A stretch of 60,732 nucleotides of DNA, the filler included, from Dirinaria sp. TL-2023a (Eukaryota): NCBI GenBank assembly GCA_051941275.1. It is 7 parts of 7 records of this genome, joined end to end, with 100 filler letters (N's around TTAATTAATTAA, not from the genome) between each part and the next. Parts side by side here need not be neighbours in the genome. Positions count along the whole stretch, not along the records: positions 43,487 to 52,066 come from JAVEBF010001168.1; positions 52,167 to 60,732 come from JAVEBF010001169.1; 5 more parts are not named here. One strand, 5' to 3'. The notes beneath the pieces are model-generated. The model did no database searches, was not told where the DNA came from, and saw only the letters and a program-made list of their open reading frames with translations. The position numbers and the translations under genes were made by a program. This document shows, one piece after another, positions 47,768 to 60,732 of this stretch. Position 1 is the stretch's first letter, and each line of letters begins with the position of its first letter.

Positions 47768-49771
47768 TTAATGAGGTATATCGTGGGGTATAGTAACGCC
47801 ATCGTACTTGTCCAGCTCGGCACCATCGCCAGAGTAGCCAATTCGATCCCGGTTATCATCAACTACTCGTGCATATTCAAGGAGGAGCCGGAACATGTAT
47901 ATCTAACCGTCAACGGTTAACGTCATGATATGGTTAATCATTGGTTGCAAACTCACTTCAATGTCTTCCCTTCGCAGAACCTTCTTCGCCCATTCTCTTC
48001 CCTGGTCCGCTATTCTCTTGCCTTCGGCATCGTGCCTTGCAATGTAGGCCTTCTCGTTTGCATTTGCATTGGTAGCACTGGTTGTCCGCTGTTTGGGCGG
48101 TGTGCCGACACCAAGGAAGTAAGTGAGCAGACTGTACGCATCGTCATACCGATTATCCATTGGTACGAAATGCCGCCAAGCGAACAATCTCGAATCGTGC
48201 CATTCTCGGAATATGGTGGCCTTGAACCCGAGAGACCGACTCTCGAGAAAGGCGCGCCATCGCCCTGAGAACGAATGCCCATCAACGTCCACCAGGAACT
48301 TGTAGCGGAACTGGTCTGGAAGCGGCGTTGGCTTCTTGAGCGTCCAAACGTTGTCGTAGAATTTACAATCAGGGACACAGCCCCACGCCTCCGTAAAGCC
48401 AACATCGGTATGGTTTCTCGCAAACGCAGAAGGATGAAATTGACGGTAATTCTCATACTCGCCCCTTTTCTCTGGTTGCTCGGTCAAAATCCGAACCTCC
48501 TGACCCTCCATCACTGTCCCGTTAAGGAACATCACGAGTCGTTGACGATGCATTCTACGCCAATTTTCGGCTAGCTGTACACCTCCTGATGTGACACCCC
48601 GCCAGATCATAGCATCTTGCTTTTTGTCCCACTTCACATCATGCTTCGAGCTATAATCATATCGGTCGTCATGCATCCAATACATGTTAGCAGGGAAGAG
48701 GATATCACTGTTGACGTTGACCTTGCACTCTCCGAATATTGGTACTAAACGTTTCGTCGCAATTACAGTGCTAGCAGAGAATAAAAAGCCGTGCTTGTCG
48801 TGGATTTCGGGACCAACAGTACACAAGTCCGAAGATCGATTGAAATTCGTGATGATACCGCCTGACCTATTCTTGTACATGTTTTCGGCCTCTGCCGTAT
48901 CCGTGTCATTCTTGGCAGCGTGCGACTCTGGAGGGCATGCGGTTCGAGCAATATTCATGTATGGCTTACCATGAGCAGGGTACCATTCCGGATCTTCAGC
49001 TGAGCTGCTGCCATCTCCACTTGTCATGTTGAGAAGGCCGGAAAGGTTTGACGAAAACTCGTCAATGGCCTCTGGAGGCGTCTGTCGGGTCTCCAACTCT
49101 TTCTTGAGATGCTGCTGCATTGTATCCCATTCTACAACCACTCGTGGCTGATCGAGCCTGTTCATAGCAATATCGAGGTCGGGCAAGTATTTGATGAACT
49201 TGTTGATCAAGGTCACAAGAGTCTCCGACCTCCACGAGCCATTGTTCACTTTTACCACTTTATGATTACGTATATGGATCGTAGACACGCCGTCGTCTTT
49301 ATTCTTTGCCATGTTAGCCGCCAAGCTCCGCAGTATACGAGGTTCGATTGCCCAAAATGGGCGTATGTCGCCCATGATTTGCTCGAAATCATCGATGTTG
49401 TGCACATTCCTTTTTCTTGCAAATTGGTACCAGTCCTTGAACCCTGGCGGCGGATGCCTTCCATACTTGTTCCTGTACTTGCCCACTGTTTGCCTGAAGG
49501 TGGTTGATCGACTATTCTCGTATGCGCGCCACGACTTGTCGGCCTCACTCATCAACAAAGATATAGGGTGGGCATCGGCGGGTCCTGGTGAATCTTCGAA
49601 CGCTTCTCCAGAGTGCCATGGCTTTTTCGGTAAGCCGGGCAATCGTAAATCATCAATACGTGTGGTTATGTCTGTATCCGAGAGTGCAATGAGGTTCGAA
49701 ATAATCAAGAAGACAGAAAGGGCTGCAATGGCCAGGAAAAGACGCCGCTTGGTGAAACCAAACGAGAGCAT
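47768..49771 (-). CDS. Glycosyltransferase family 90 (CAP10/Cxt1-like), 2 exons
   Basis: N-terminal TM anchor; YGRHPPPGFKDWY, WRGVTSGG, KFLVDVDGHSFSGRW, KATIFREWHDSRL. Intron 47956-47903; last exon IYMFRLLLEYAR. Confidence 0.92.
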
Positions 49772-50096
49772 CCTTCAGAAGGAATTGCAAACCACACCGG
49801 GGTGTATCCAACTCTGCGCACGTTAAGGTAACGGTGTACCATAATCACTGTTGCGTCCTCCTAGACTAGGTAGCTTTACATGCTGAACCGCGGTAATTCT
49901 TTGCGAAGATGGCGAATTCAGGGGAGCTTCAAGCTCAGGGCACGACTTCACATCTCCGGAATAGGTTTTGCCGTTCCGCCGACTTGGCGGCGTAAGGCTG
50001 TCTTAGAGAGCAGTCGCCAAACTTCCAGGACCATTCTCGTCTACGAGTATTCTATACCAGCTTACGTTGCTGCTATTAGCAAGCCGTGCATCTGTC

Positions 50097-51022
50097 ATGC
50101 CATCAGGATTACTGTCAGCACTAGGTGCAGCTCCAGTTGCTTCCGTTCCTACAACCGTCGCGCCGTTTCTGGTTCCATTTCTCTGTTCGCAGCATCGTGC
50201 CGCGTCTATCCTGGCCAACCTATCCGACACACCGGGTGCGTACCATAAAAAAATCAGAAGAGGTCGGGGACCTTCTTCTGGGAAGGGAAAGACAGCAGGC
50301 CGAGGCTACAATGGCCAGAAAGTGAAGAGCAAGGTGCCTCGTAATTTCAACGGTGGCCAAACACCTGTAGAAGTGAGCCACGGGCTCAGGGGGTTCAAAA
50401 ATGTGTTAGTCAAGCTCAGTATAGAGTGGCAGCTGTAAGGCTAATAGCTAAGTATAGGTTCTCTGAACACATGGTTTCGCTCAATTTGGGCCGCCTACAG
50501 TCCTGGGTCGACCAAGATCGAATAGATCCTTCCAAGCCCATTACCATTAAAGAGCTTAGCGACAGTCGATGCGCCATTGGCATCAAAGACGGCGTAAAAT
50601 TGCTTGGCGGCGGTTCTGAACGGCTGCGAAGTCCACTCAATATCGTTGTTTCAAAGGCTTCTGCGACGGCAATAGCAGCGATCGAGAACGCCGGTGGCTC
50701 AGTAACTACAAGGTTCTACACGCCTTTCTCCATCCAAAGAATACTTGCGGGGAAGACAGATCCAATCCATTCTTTGAAGTCACAGTTAGATGAGATAGAA
50801 GGTGAACAGCGGGCAAACAGAGGCTTCAGCTACCGCTTGCCGGATCCTACAAGCCGAAAAGACATGGAATACTATAGGGATCCTGCTCATCGAGGGTACT
50901 TAAGCTATCAGCTTGCGGATGGGCAAGGACCGAGTTTATTCTTTAAAACGCCGGGGACGACAAAATTTTCCCAGCGAAAATCAGGCAAGCGAACAGTCGG
51001 TGGCGAGAACCGTATATTCTAG
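50097..51022 (+). CDS. MRPL10: Mitochondrial large ribosomal subunit protein uL15m
   Basis: RGRGPSSGKGKTAGRGYNGQK, FNGGQTP, EYYRDPAHRGYL. Intron 50405-50457. Confidence 0.93.
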
Positions 51023-51676
51023 GCCTTATAGCAAAATCGTCCTTCTGAAGGGCCTTACCATGGTCTAGTAATAGTTTTAAACTGGCGTTATTGTCTGGGC
51101 TATCAAGATCAGTCCCTAGGCATTTACTTGGCCCTCTCACTGTTACCGAGATACCGGCTCTATTAAAGCTTTTTGGTGCTGTGGGCTGTCCTACCGGTGT
51201 GTCTACTAGAACCGTTAGAATGGCCATTGACACAGAAGACTTTCTGCGAAGATTGAAAATTCAAAAGAATGATTGTATGCCTAGCGCCAGACTTCTGGTT
51301 CCGACATTCCAAAGGTCTTCTATTACCTTCTGAGCACCCTTGCCCCTACGCACACTGATCAGCTCAGACCTAGGACGATTAATCTGAGTCACGTCCAGAG
51401 TAAAGTGAACAGCGAGGCTATTTGGCAAGTGAGAGGATGGTCAAATGGATATAGAACAAGAATAAAAGAATACGGAAAGCTTTCAGTATCAAAGCATACA
51501 ATTTTCAAAGTATCATGATAGAGGCTCAGGGGGGTAACCCTAAGTAGTAGAATGTATCGCATTTCGCGGATCATAATGCCAAGACTTCATACCGTCAAAA
51601 CACAGCTTACAGGTAGCACTACCTTAGACATCTTCCCCAAGTAAGTACATCAGACTCCCGATGAAATGCATAAACA

Positions 51677-51975
51677 ATGGCCACGAGCACCGCCCAAAAA
51701 CCAACGACTCCCTTCCCGGGAGCAGCAGCAGCAGCCCCCCATCAACAACAACAACAACAGCAACAACCGACGCCACCGCCATCCCGCCCCGCATCATCCC
51801 AAGTAAGCGGGAGCAGCGGGCTCCGCACGCCTTCGAACCGGAAAACCATCTACGACCGCAACCTGAACCGCACGCGCACGGCGGAGCTGAGCCGCGCTAG
51901 CTTCGCCTACCTGTTCGCAGAGATGGTGAGCTACGCGCAGAAACGGGTGACGGGGATCCAGGACCTCGAGAAACG
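51677..51975 (+). CDS. TRS31: TRAPP subunit Trs31/TRAPPC5, first exon only (contig ends)
   Basis: KTIYDRNLNRTRTAELSRASFAYLFAEMVSYAQKRVTGIQDLEKR followed by a GTACGT donor; poly-Gln N-terminus. Confidence 0.88.
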
Positions 51976-52066
51976 GTACGTCCTCTCTCACTCACGCAAA
52001 GCTATCAATTGTTCCAAAGAACCAAAGAAAAAAGGGCCGATCCTAAAGGCAACTTAAGAACATGAC

Positions 52067-52166
52067 NNNNNNNNNNNNNNNNNNNNNNNNNNNNNNNNNN
52101 NNNNNNNNNNTTAATTAATTAANNNNNNNNNNNNNNNNNNNNNNNNNNNNNNNNNNNNNNNNNNNN
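52067..52166. other. Artificial contig linker
   Basis: N44-TTAATTAATTAA-N44. Confidence 0.99.
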
Positions 52167-52800
52167 AAGGTACCTTATTGTAAGATACTCTGGGAAATTA
52201 GTCCATTCCGAACAGCCTCGCCGCCTATGGACACTATGGGAACCCCTTTCACTAGGATTTCATATATAACTGAATTCTTTTGCTACGGCGCGGACGGTAC
52301 ACTCTCATCTCTTAGAGATCTTGGGTAGCCCCCTCGCGGGTGTTGGATCGAGTAATCTTTTCTTTCCCACACCCACATTCCTTCAAAAGAGAAGAGAAAA
52401 GAAAAAGGAATGAAAAATCTCATGGGAGACTCGAGCCAGTGACCCGGTGGGGGGAAACTATACCCAGAATTGCTCTCTAGATTAGCACGAGTTACGAGAC
52501 GTCGAATATTGTTCGGAGGCTGGCACAGATAATTTGGTAAGATACCAAACTATACGTCTGTACTAGGCCCCGCCATGAGAAATGAGTTTCGTTGGATCAT
52601 CGTATATATGGATTATTTTCTTTTTTATACTTTGACACATTCTGAACTCTTTAGTATCTGTCTGATTGGCTTTTTGCTGTCTCTAGTGCTTGGATGCAAG
52701 CTTGGACACATGATGAAAAGTGCGCCAGCTGGTCTTCTATCACGCTTTAACACACAGTATTCGTCTAGGCTTCGATCAGTGCCAGACATACATTGTCTTC

Positions 52801-54579
52801 TCATGCTTCATTCTGCTCCAGATCCGCGTCGTTCCTCTCTTCCCAAAACCCCTGCTCCGTTTCGAGCGGTCTGTTGAGGTCCAAACCCTTTGTAGCAAGA
52901 CTAGCAATCATGGCTACACCCCCAAGCCCGCACATAGTAAGCCACACGATCTTCAACGAATCAGCATATGCCTGTATTAGCTCCGCTTTCACGGAGCTCT
53001 GGTCCGGCGGAAACTGCTTGATAATTTGCACCAGGCTCGCTGCATCTCTAGAGTAGGCTTCAGCGTTGTGCGCCAAGGCGGGATAGGCGAGTAATTTCTG
53101 TTTCATTTCATTCTGAAACACGGTTCCCCCAACAGCAACGCCGATAGCTTGGCCAAAGGCGCGGAAGAACGAGAACATGGCCACAGCAAAAGCAAGATCT
53201 TTGTTTGTAGCCGAGCCTTGGATGGCGAAGGCCATACCCGCAAACAACATACCAGTGCCGAGGCCTGAGACGAGGTTTAGGAAGATCCATGCAATGGTGC
53301 TGGTGTGTACGTCGAGGAGGTAGAGGACACCTGCACCGGCAGTGGTGAGGACCCAGCCTGACCAAATTGCCCAGCGGTAACGGCCGGTGATGGAGACGAG
53401 GATGCCCACGACGACCGAGGCAGGTGCAACGGTGAATGTTTGGGGGAACAGAGAGACACCGGACATGATCGGTGACTCGCCTTTGACGGCTTCGTAGTAA
53501 AGAGGAAGGTAGTAGAGTAGTGACCAGAGGATCATGCCATGAATGATGGTGCCAAGGTAGTTGACGGCTGCGGTGCGGTTCTTGAAGATAGCGGGTGGAA
53601 TAAGTGGTTCTGTTGCAAGCCATTCCTCGTATATAACGAAAAACGCAAGACCAGCAAGACCAACAATCAGTGGCACGAGAGTGCGCCACGAATCCCATTT
53701 ATAGGAGACGCCTCCCCAGGTTACGGGAATAAGGAAGCTGGTTGTGGAGCCAATGAAAAGAACGGAACCGATCCAGTCCACGCGGCGGAGCTTGGAAGCG
53801 AGATTGGTTGCCTTGAACTTTAGTCTTAGGAAGAAAACAACGAAGATGAAGGCAACACCGATGATGGGGAGATTGATGTAGAAAATCCACCGCCAGGATA
53901 CATCCTGAGCAAGGGCTCCTCCGATGACTGGGCCACTCACGGATCCGAGCGACCACATACCACTAATAACGCCAAACCATTTGCCTCTGAGACGAAGAGG
54001 GACTAAGTCTGTCACCACGATTTCGGTCAAGGCGATGAGTCCGCCGCCACCACTACCTTGGAGGGAACGGCCGACCAGTAGTAAACCGAAGCTATTGGCC
54101 ACAGCAGCAACCACAGAACCAGCCAGGAAGAAAGCAAGAGCCACCATGATCAGGGGTTTGCGTCCGAAAATGTGCGAGAAAGATGCGAAGCTCGGCTGGA
54201 AGATGGTGGAGCACAGTAGGAACGATGTTCCAGACCAGAAGGCCTCGATGGCTGTACCGTTGAGCTTCTGTGAAATAATCTGTTTGGAAGATTGCGTAAG
54301 CATGCTACTTCAAAAAATAGCCCTGATTGAACAGCTTACAGGCAGCGCAACTGACAGCGAGGTTCCATCTAATGCCACTGCCAATGTGATCACGGCAAGA
54401 GCGACGAAAGCTAAGTACAGCCTTGGGGAGGGCTTGAACTGCGGCGGCAGTGGTAAGTCTTTGTCTTGATTCGTGATCTGGCGATCGCTGCGGAAGCCAC
54501 TGATCCCACTGTCGATGGATGCCATCCGGTATGGCAGATCGAGGACCATACTGCTCGGTCTTGAGCCTATAGGCATCAT
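52801..54579 (-). CDS. MFS drug:H+ antiporter (DHA2, 14-TM type), 2 exons
   Basis: ALDGTSLSVALP, SHIFGRK, GRSLQGSGGGG, DLVPLRLRG, WRWIFYINLP, VDWIG. Intron 54339-54280; first in-frame ATG at 54579. Confidence 0.92.
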
Positions 54580-55555
54580 CTTGTCTGTAAGGTCACCAAA
54601 GGCAGGCAAATCTAAAAAATTTAAGGGTACACCGAGAGTTTTTACTCCCAAATGGCTCAAGGGAGAAAGGAATTATGTAAGGTAGAGCGAAGGAAACTGG
54701 CCTTGAGACAATGCTGGCAAGCGATGTAGCCAGGACGGAAATGCTTATGCTAGGACAAACAAAGAAAAGAATATATGTATTACCCACGATGGTCATTTTG
54801 AACCGAATGTGTGACAATGTAAGTCTTTGGAAAAATGGATGAAGACGGACTAAGAGCATGATTTGGGGCCAGGAATGCGGATTTCCTGGCCGGGGGGCAT
54901 CGCTGCATTCGGAACAGAGTACTCCGTACGCTCGCCTCATGGGCAAGCGCTAAAACCACATCCGTCAAACCAAGAACCGCTCAACGGGCATATTAATGAG
55001 CCCAAAACACGAAGCCAGATCGCAATGGAAAGCCCAGACGGTCTGTGAGGCTGTGACTGGGCAGGTAATGTCTGACACCCTGTGAGTAGAACCTGTAGTG
55101 TGGTAATCCAATCAGTGCTACCGTGCAGATGTTATCCGTCAAAAATCATTTCAAACAGCAATGAGGAGAAGAATCAGCTTTGAAGAGTCATTTGAGGATT
55201 CCTCTTTGGCCTGAGCATAGAGGGTCGAGGCTTCTGGCCAGCCTCTGGCTTCTCATAACACACCATGCTCTTACGATCACCGTCGATCAAGTGCAACTGC
55301 TATGTTGCACCATCTATTTAGCAGGTAATTGAGCAATGATAAAGGAAGTGGCACCTACTCTGCGAGGGTGAAGAAGTAAGAAAGTAGCCTGGGGTTTTCG
55401 ATGTATCACTCGAGTTTGGCCTTTGCCTTACCGCGTCGGCCCGCCAAGGCGCCTAAACCCATTTAATCTGCCTGGACTAAATTCGATCGCAACCGTTGAA
55501 GCGAGGGAACCGACTCGAACCCTCTTCTTCGCTTGCAGGTTTGTCCAGACTCGTA

Positions 55556-56398
55556 ATGCGATGGCCACCTTGGTCGTCCACTGCATCGGAGAACGAAAAG
55601 GGGAGGGCAAATTGGACCGATACTCTACATGCGACCGACTGGTCCCACTACACTGACCCACGAACCGTGATTCCTACTGTCGTACTTACAACCACATGTC
55701 TGCTAACCGCCCGCTTCTACCGCTCATACCTGCGGCGCATCCCTCAAGCCGTCAGCATAAAGCCTACATTTTGGCGCAAAAGGAGCCTTTTTGGGACAGT
55801 CACGAGTGTCGGAGATGGAGATAATTTCAGGCTGTTCCATACGCCCGGTGGGCGGCTAGCGGGCTGGGGATGGCTTCCATGGAGACGTGTTCCACGCAAA
55901 AGGGAGGATCTGAAAGACAACACGGTACGCTACCATATTGATCTGTACATATTCGACCTCATTCTGAATACTATGCAGATCCACATTCGCCTCGCAGGAG
56001 TCGACGCACCTGAGCTTGCCCATTTCGGGCGTCCTCCCCAACCGTACTCCCAGGAGGCGATCGATTGGCTCACGTCCTACATACTTCATCGCAGGCTACG
56101 AGCCTATGTCTATAAGCGTGATCAATACGACCGGGCAGTAGCGACGGTTTATGTAAGACGATGGCTGTTAAGGCGAGACGTTGGCTTGCAGATGTTGCGT
56201 AGGGGTCTTGCGACAGTTTATGAGGCTAAATCAGGAGCTGAGTTTGGCCATCTAGAAGATAAATACAGGAAGGCAGAGAGTTGGGCGAAGCTGAAGAGGA
56301 AGGGCATGTGGGGCGGGAAAAAGAAAGACTATGAAAGTCCTAGGGACTATAAATCGAGGATGGCATTAGCGGAAGGGGAGCAGAAGCATCATCAGTAA
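55556..56398 (+). CDS. LCL3: Staphylococcal-nuclease-like endonuclease Lcl3
   Basis: [54 protein letters not shown]. Intron 55925-55978. Confidence 0.92.
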   Translation: MRWPPWSSTASENEKGRANWTDTLHATDWSHYTDPRTVIPTVVLTTTCLLTARFYRSYLRRIPQAVSIKPTFWRKRSLFGTVTSVGDGDNFRLFHTPGGRLAGWGWLPWRRVPRKREDLKDNTVRYHIDLYIFDLILNTMQIHIRLAGVDAPELAHFGRPPQPYSQEAIDWLTSYILHRRLRAYVYKRDQYDRAVATVYVRRWLLRRDVGLQMLRRGLATVYEAKSGAEFGHLEDKYRKAESWAKLKRKGMWGGKKKDYESPRDYKSRMALAEGEQKHHQ

Positions 56399-56878
56399 TT
56401 ACTATTTCAGATATTCCCCATACAGTATCGGCGCCATTATAGTCTTTACATATATATTGGCTTAAAGCATGGTTCGGAACTTTTCGTAGAAGGAGAGCTT
56501 TTTCTGATAGGGCCGATGATAATATCAAAAGCGAATGCCTGAACTGAGCCTCTGAGGACCGGGAGATAGGCTGACTCGCTGGCCAAGCCTCTACCACCTC
56601 GTACTCGCACTTACTGAAATAAGTTTAGTCTATGCATCGCCGAAAGCCGCCCATTCACCTTACCTTAACCTTACCTTACTTTGAGCACCTTACAGTATGC
56701 AACAACTTCTCTGCACATCCAAGCCACAACCTCACACGCATGAAGGTTAGGCATTCACCTCTCGCTCCTATTTCTTCCGCATATTTCTACTGTAACTCTT
56801 ACCAAGTCAGAGAAGCAACAATACGTCGATCGTAAAGACTTTGGTACTATCAAAAAGCTTCAGTCAATCGTTCAAGAG

Positions 56879-58312
56879 ATGGGTAAGTTTGGGCTGGGAA
56901 AGAAGAGTGATGGAGCCGAAGACTCGGGTCGCTCTGGCTTGTTTTCTCGGTCAAAGAATAAGTCACCCAACCCTGCAGCAAATCCATACGCACAATCTGC
57001 CGGATATTCTACGCCAGGAGATCCGTACCAGCAATCGAAGTACAATGATCCCGCTGGTAAATACAATCAAATGCCCGGTTTTCCGGAGCCAAATGGACTG
57101 CCGGCTGGTCCACATGGAGGCTATGGTGGTATGAGTCGTGGTGTAGGCGATAACAGCTCATTCAACACGGAGAAGAGTGCTGGTAATGCGAGTCAGTATG
57201 GCGGAACCTATGGCTCAGACAGATATGGCACACAAAATGGCTATGGTGCGGACAGATACGGAGCACAAGTTGAAGGGGGAGGTTCAAGATACGGACCAGG
57301 AGGCTACGGTGGTTTGGGGGGTACCCCGAGCTCTACTACCAGAAGCATGGACAAAGGCCAAGAAACACCTTTTGAGGGGGCAACAGAACAAACTGAAGCG
57401 CAGGAACCCGTAACACGCCCGCCTCCGTATCATGCAGACTATGGCCGACATGATAGTTCTACTCCTTCAAATCACGGCGAACAAGCTGGGGACTACGGTG
57501 GCAATTCGAGCTACGAGGCTTACGGCGACCGGCAACTAACAGCCGAAGAAGAGGAAGAAGAAGATGTTCAAGCAACCAAACAAGAGATACGGTTCCTCAA
57601 GCAGAGCGATGTCTCCTCGACACGAAATGCTCTTCGAGTCGCCGCCATGGCTGAAGAGACTGGAAGAAATACATTGGGTCGTCTAGGTGCACAAGGAGAG
57701 CGAATCCACAACACTGAGAAAAATCTTGATCTTACTGCCAACCATAATCGTATGGCGGAGGAGAAGGCCAAGGAGCTGAAAAGACTCAATGGCAGCATGT
57801 TCGCCATCCATCCATCAAATCCCTTTACTGCGTCAAAGCGTCGTGAGCAGCGCGATGCCGAAGTAATGGAGAAGCATAGGATGGAGAGAGCAGAACGGGA
57901 AGCGACGAGGCGGGAAGCTTATCGAACCGACAAGCGCATGGAGAAGAACTTCAAAGATCTAAACCTGACAGACGCTCAGGTGCAAGCCAACAAGCAGTCG
58001 GGCTTGGCAGAGAGAGCCAAATTTCAGTTCGAGGCAGACTCGGAAGATGAAGAGATGGAGAACGAAATCGACTCCAATCTGGACGCACTAGGCGGAGCGG
58101 CGTCCAGGCTCAATGCTCTGGCAAAGGCCACCGGCCAAGAACTGGATGAGCAGAATCGTCATCTTGAAAGGATCAACAACAAGGTTCGTCACTGCATCAA
58201 CATTCCATCAACGTTCGGTAAATCATAATAGCAAAGCTGACATTCTCTGTAGAGCACTGTTGTCGACGATCAAATCGCTATGAATAGAGCAAGGTTGGAT
58301 CGTTTCCATTAA
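56879..58312 (+). CDS. SEC9: Plasma-membrane Qbc-SNARE Sec9, 2 exons
   Basis: Gly/Tyr-rich N-terminus and two SNARE motifs (STRNALRVA..LGAQGERIHNTE; EIDSNLDAL..ELDEQNRHLERI). Intron 58184-58252. Confidence 0.95.
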
Positions 58313-59584
58313 AAAAGCATACGATTGGCGTTCCTATATGCATCTAATGGCGTATTGGTGTCCAATCTTGCGGACAAATTGCCCCTGCTCCTGGACGACT
58401 TGATCTCCTCGCTCTACGAGTGTTGCCAAAATATTTTGGGACGAGACTGCCACCATTCTCACTGGGGTAGAAGTAGGTAGTTTGCTAACATGACTAAGCT
58501 GTTCATGTGGTTCCGAAAGATTCCAACGTCACGCTCAGCCTCACCAATGATTGACGAGTATTACCACTGTAAAAATGGAGACCGGAAAGGTGCAATATCC
58601 CTGAGTGTACTCTACCTTGTCCCGAACCTGGTTGCAATGTTGAATCACCTGCTTTTTCAACTCCATTCAAGAGATGATCGCAAAATCCATGAATGGCAAC
58701 ATGCCTTGACGCGCATGAAGGGAATAATCTGGTTGGGAGGAGATGATCGTCGCTCAGGCACTGCTTATTATCTCGTCGGTCCAGATTCGAAGTAGTCGTC
58801 ACTCGCCCAAACATTGGATGATCTATTTTCAGAACAATTCCTTTCGAAGATTATCGCGCAATCATGTCCATCTCCCTTCGCTGACTGCCGGATCTTCACA
58901 CCTTAATTACTGCGTCGCACAATTTCCTGATGGGTGAAGTATCCGAAGCCACTAGAGCTTACGTCGACCCTACAAGGAAACCTGCCCGCCAATGATAATG
59001 CACAATAATAACCACTTTAACCAAGTAGATTCGATCCCGTAAGGTAGTTTGCTCTGTGTGGTGGCTGTGCCTTTCGATTCGCTTGCACACCACTAATGAC
59101 TGAGGCTGCCTCGTCTGCGAGGCTACCTTGAAGGCCTGAAACGCAGTCGGAATTGGTTGCATTGCAGCCGCCAATCCGGTCGAGATAACACAGATATCAT
59201 GGGTGTTCTGCAGCTTCTGCTCGACTCTATCACCAATGATCAAGCATTACGTTTACGATGACGGAGCTTGGGTGACCAGGTCATCCACCCACAGCCTAGT
59301 CCAGGTATGCCGACAGACCCCAAAACGTCGAGTCCAAAAGCGGAGTCGAGGCCCCGAGTACTCGACTACCACTACCTACTTTAGATTTCCCACAGTTTCG
59401 GTCATTCAGGTGCTTTGCCTTTCTGTTACCGAATGACGACACTTATCGCAAGACCAGCTCGACGGGCAGCCAATGGCAGCAATCCGCCTCCGTGTCTTAG
59501 TGTGTCTCAGTCGCTTCGACGCACAATGACATCGTTCAGGAGCCGGCTCCAAGCGGGGTCAACGCCCCTGCCGGACGCCACCAG

Positions 59585-60180
59585 ATGCAGGGGGGCGTCC
59601 CTGACTTTCATGACCGCCTTGGCGAAGTCCTAAGAGAGATCCGCAAACTTGGGCGGGAGATAAGCAGCGTCATCAATTCGGTCACAGTCCGCGCTCTCAT
59701 TGGATCAACTGCTCTGGCTAATCCCTTCCGGTGCACACCAACAGCGCCTCTGCCGCCGGGGGCTGGACGTGGGAATCCTGACGGTAAGGTTTTCGGTGAG
59801 AAACCATTCAAACAAACCCTCGAGGATGTGTAACTCTGCAGAGCAAGTCTGACACCTGCACTGACCCATGAAATAGAGCACAACGACATCGTGCTGCCTC
59901 TAGTATATGCGAGTCTGAGGAATAGCACGATTAGAGTTCATTCACTGGATAAGATGCCATCGCGGCAACTCCGGACGATGACTCGGATGACTATTCCTGC
60001 GGTTCAAAAATCGACTATTCCAGGACCATCGTCGTGGATGCTTGGCTTGTAGGATTTTCTCCGACTTTTCTCTGAGGAGTGTAGAGAATCTGGGAAGGAG
60101 GACTGGTATGTCAGCCTTGCTGCTGTTGCCCAGAGCGTAGGTAGTTCGGCCGTCAGGACCCAAGAAGTACGATCAGCATA
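59585..60180 (+). pseudogene. Possible decayed gene
   Basis: Protein-like frame (FHDRLGEVLREIRKLGREI..) continues past TAA 59831 and TAG 60050 in the same frame. Confidence 0.3.
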
Positions 60181-60687
60181 ACGACCGCCTGCATTACTGG
60201 AACCTGTCAGTTGAGCATGGAGGCTCGTGGACGTGTGGCTCATGCTGGATAATCCCCAACGTCGAAGCTTTGCTTGGATTTGCTTGGATTTTGCTTGAGA
60301 GTGATGGAATATGCACTTTGCGTCAATGATCGGTGACAGTAAGCAGGTAATAATCAGCAAGCAAGTCTATTCTTGACCACCAAGTCCGACCCAGCTGGGG
60401 GCGCACGTTTAGAAAGTGACCCGAACCATTGAGAAACAAGACTTCTGAACCACGGTAGTGGTAACTGGTACAGCTTTGATCCGTGGAGTTCCATTATCGA
60501 GCAACGGCCTGAGATAGATAGAATTAATAGGTGAGATCTATGGTGGGGACTGTTGCTGACTTCAAATCGGCGGATGGGATTCTGGTTACAGCCACAGGCC
60601 GGCAAGATCCAACGAGAGCCAGCTCACTAACTTGAGTCAGCATCAAACGCCGTGTACGCACTGCGCGCAACCTTCCCCACACCCCTA

Positions 60688-60732
60688 CACACACACACAC
60701 ACACACACTTGCACACTTGCACACTTATACAC
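60688..60732. repeat. (CA)n microsatellite and ACACTTGC repeats at the contig end
   Basis: Direct inspection. Confidence 0.9.

Noticed and set aside
8605..52166. Regularly spaced (~8.7 kb) palindromic TTAATTAATTAA element flanked by Ns, and any apparent gene cluster spanning it
   Set aside because: Artificial six-frame-stop linker. The periodicity comes from size-sorted contigs (8604, 8600, 8596, 8593, 8593, 8580, 8566 bp), so cross-linker synteny is meaningless.
52801..58312. MFS + nuclease + SNARE as a possible toxin, defence or secretion cluster
   Set aside because: Lcl3 and Sec9 are conserved housekeeping genes, and no biosynthetic or immunity gene is present.
1..60732. tRNA, rRNA, CRISPR, transposase or reverse-transcriptase sequences
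   Set aside because: None recognised by eye; tRNAscan-SE, Infernal and RepeatMasker would be needed to exclude them formally.

Overview
This is not one locus. It is seven unrelated contigs of about 8.6 kb (1-8604, 8705-17304, 17405-26000, 26101-34693, 34794-43386, 43487-52066, 52167-60732), ordered by decreasing length and joined by an artificial 100-nt linker (44 N + TTAATTAATTAA + 44 N). The DNA is from a filamentous ascomycete (Pezizomycotina-type proteins; short GT-AG introns with CTRAC/CTAAT branch sites). Recognisable genes: Ctf4/Mcl1/SepB replisome adaptor, Acr-2-like Zn2Cys6 transcription factor, an SDR, TM9SF/Emp70, Not1, Tea4/Bud14/TeaC SH3 polarity protein, GT90/CAP10-like glycosyltransferase, mitochondrial uL15, Trs31 (partial), a DHA2-type MFS transporter, Lcl3 nuclease and Sec9. 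There are also several orphans, two secreted proteins not correctly shown by the ORF track, and decayed ORFs. I find no convincing novel multi-gene system, and adjacency across linkers is meaningless. The best leads are small-scale: a 615-nt stop-free in-frame intron (exitron candidate) next to the TeaC SH3 domain; a 381-bp-period tandem duplication whose copies each carry a box C/D K-turn motif on one strand and a decayed spliced ORF on the other; a C2H2 gene with a 27-nt micro-intron candidate and a frame break; an MCB cluster upstream of CTF4; and uORFs in the acr-2 leader. Gene models were read by eye and no database searches were run.
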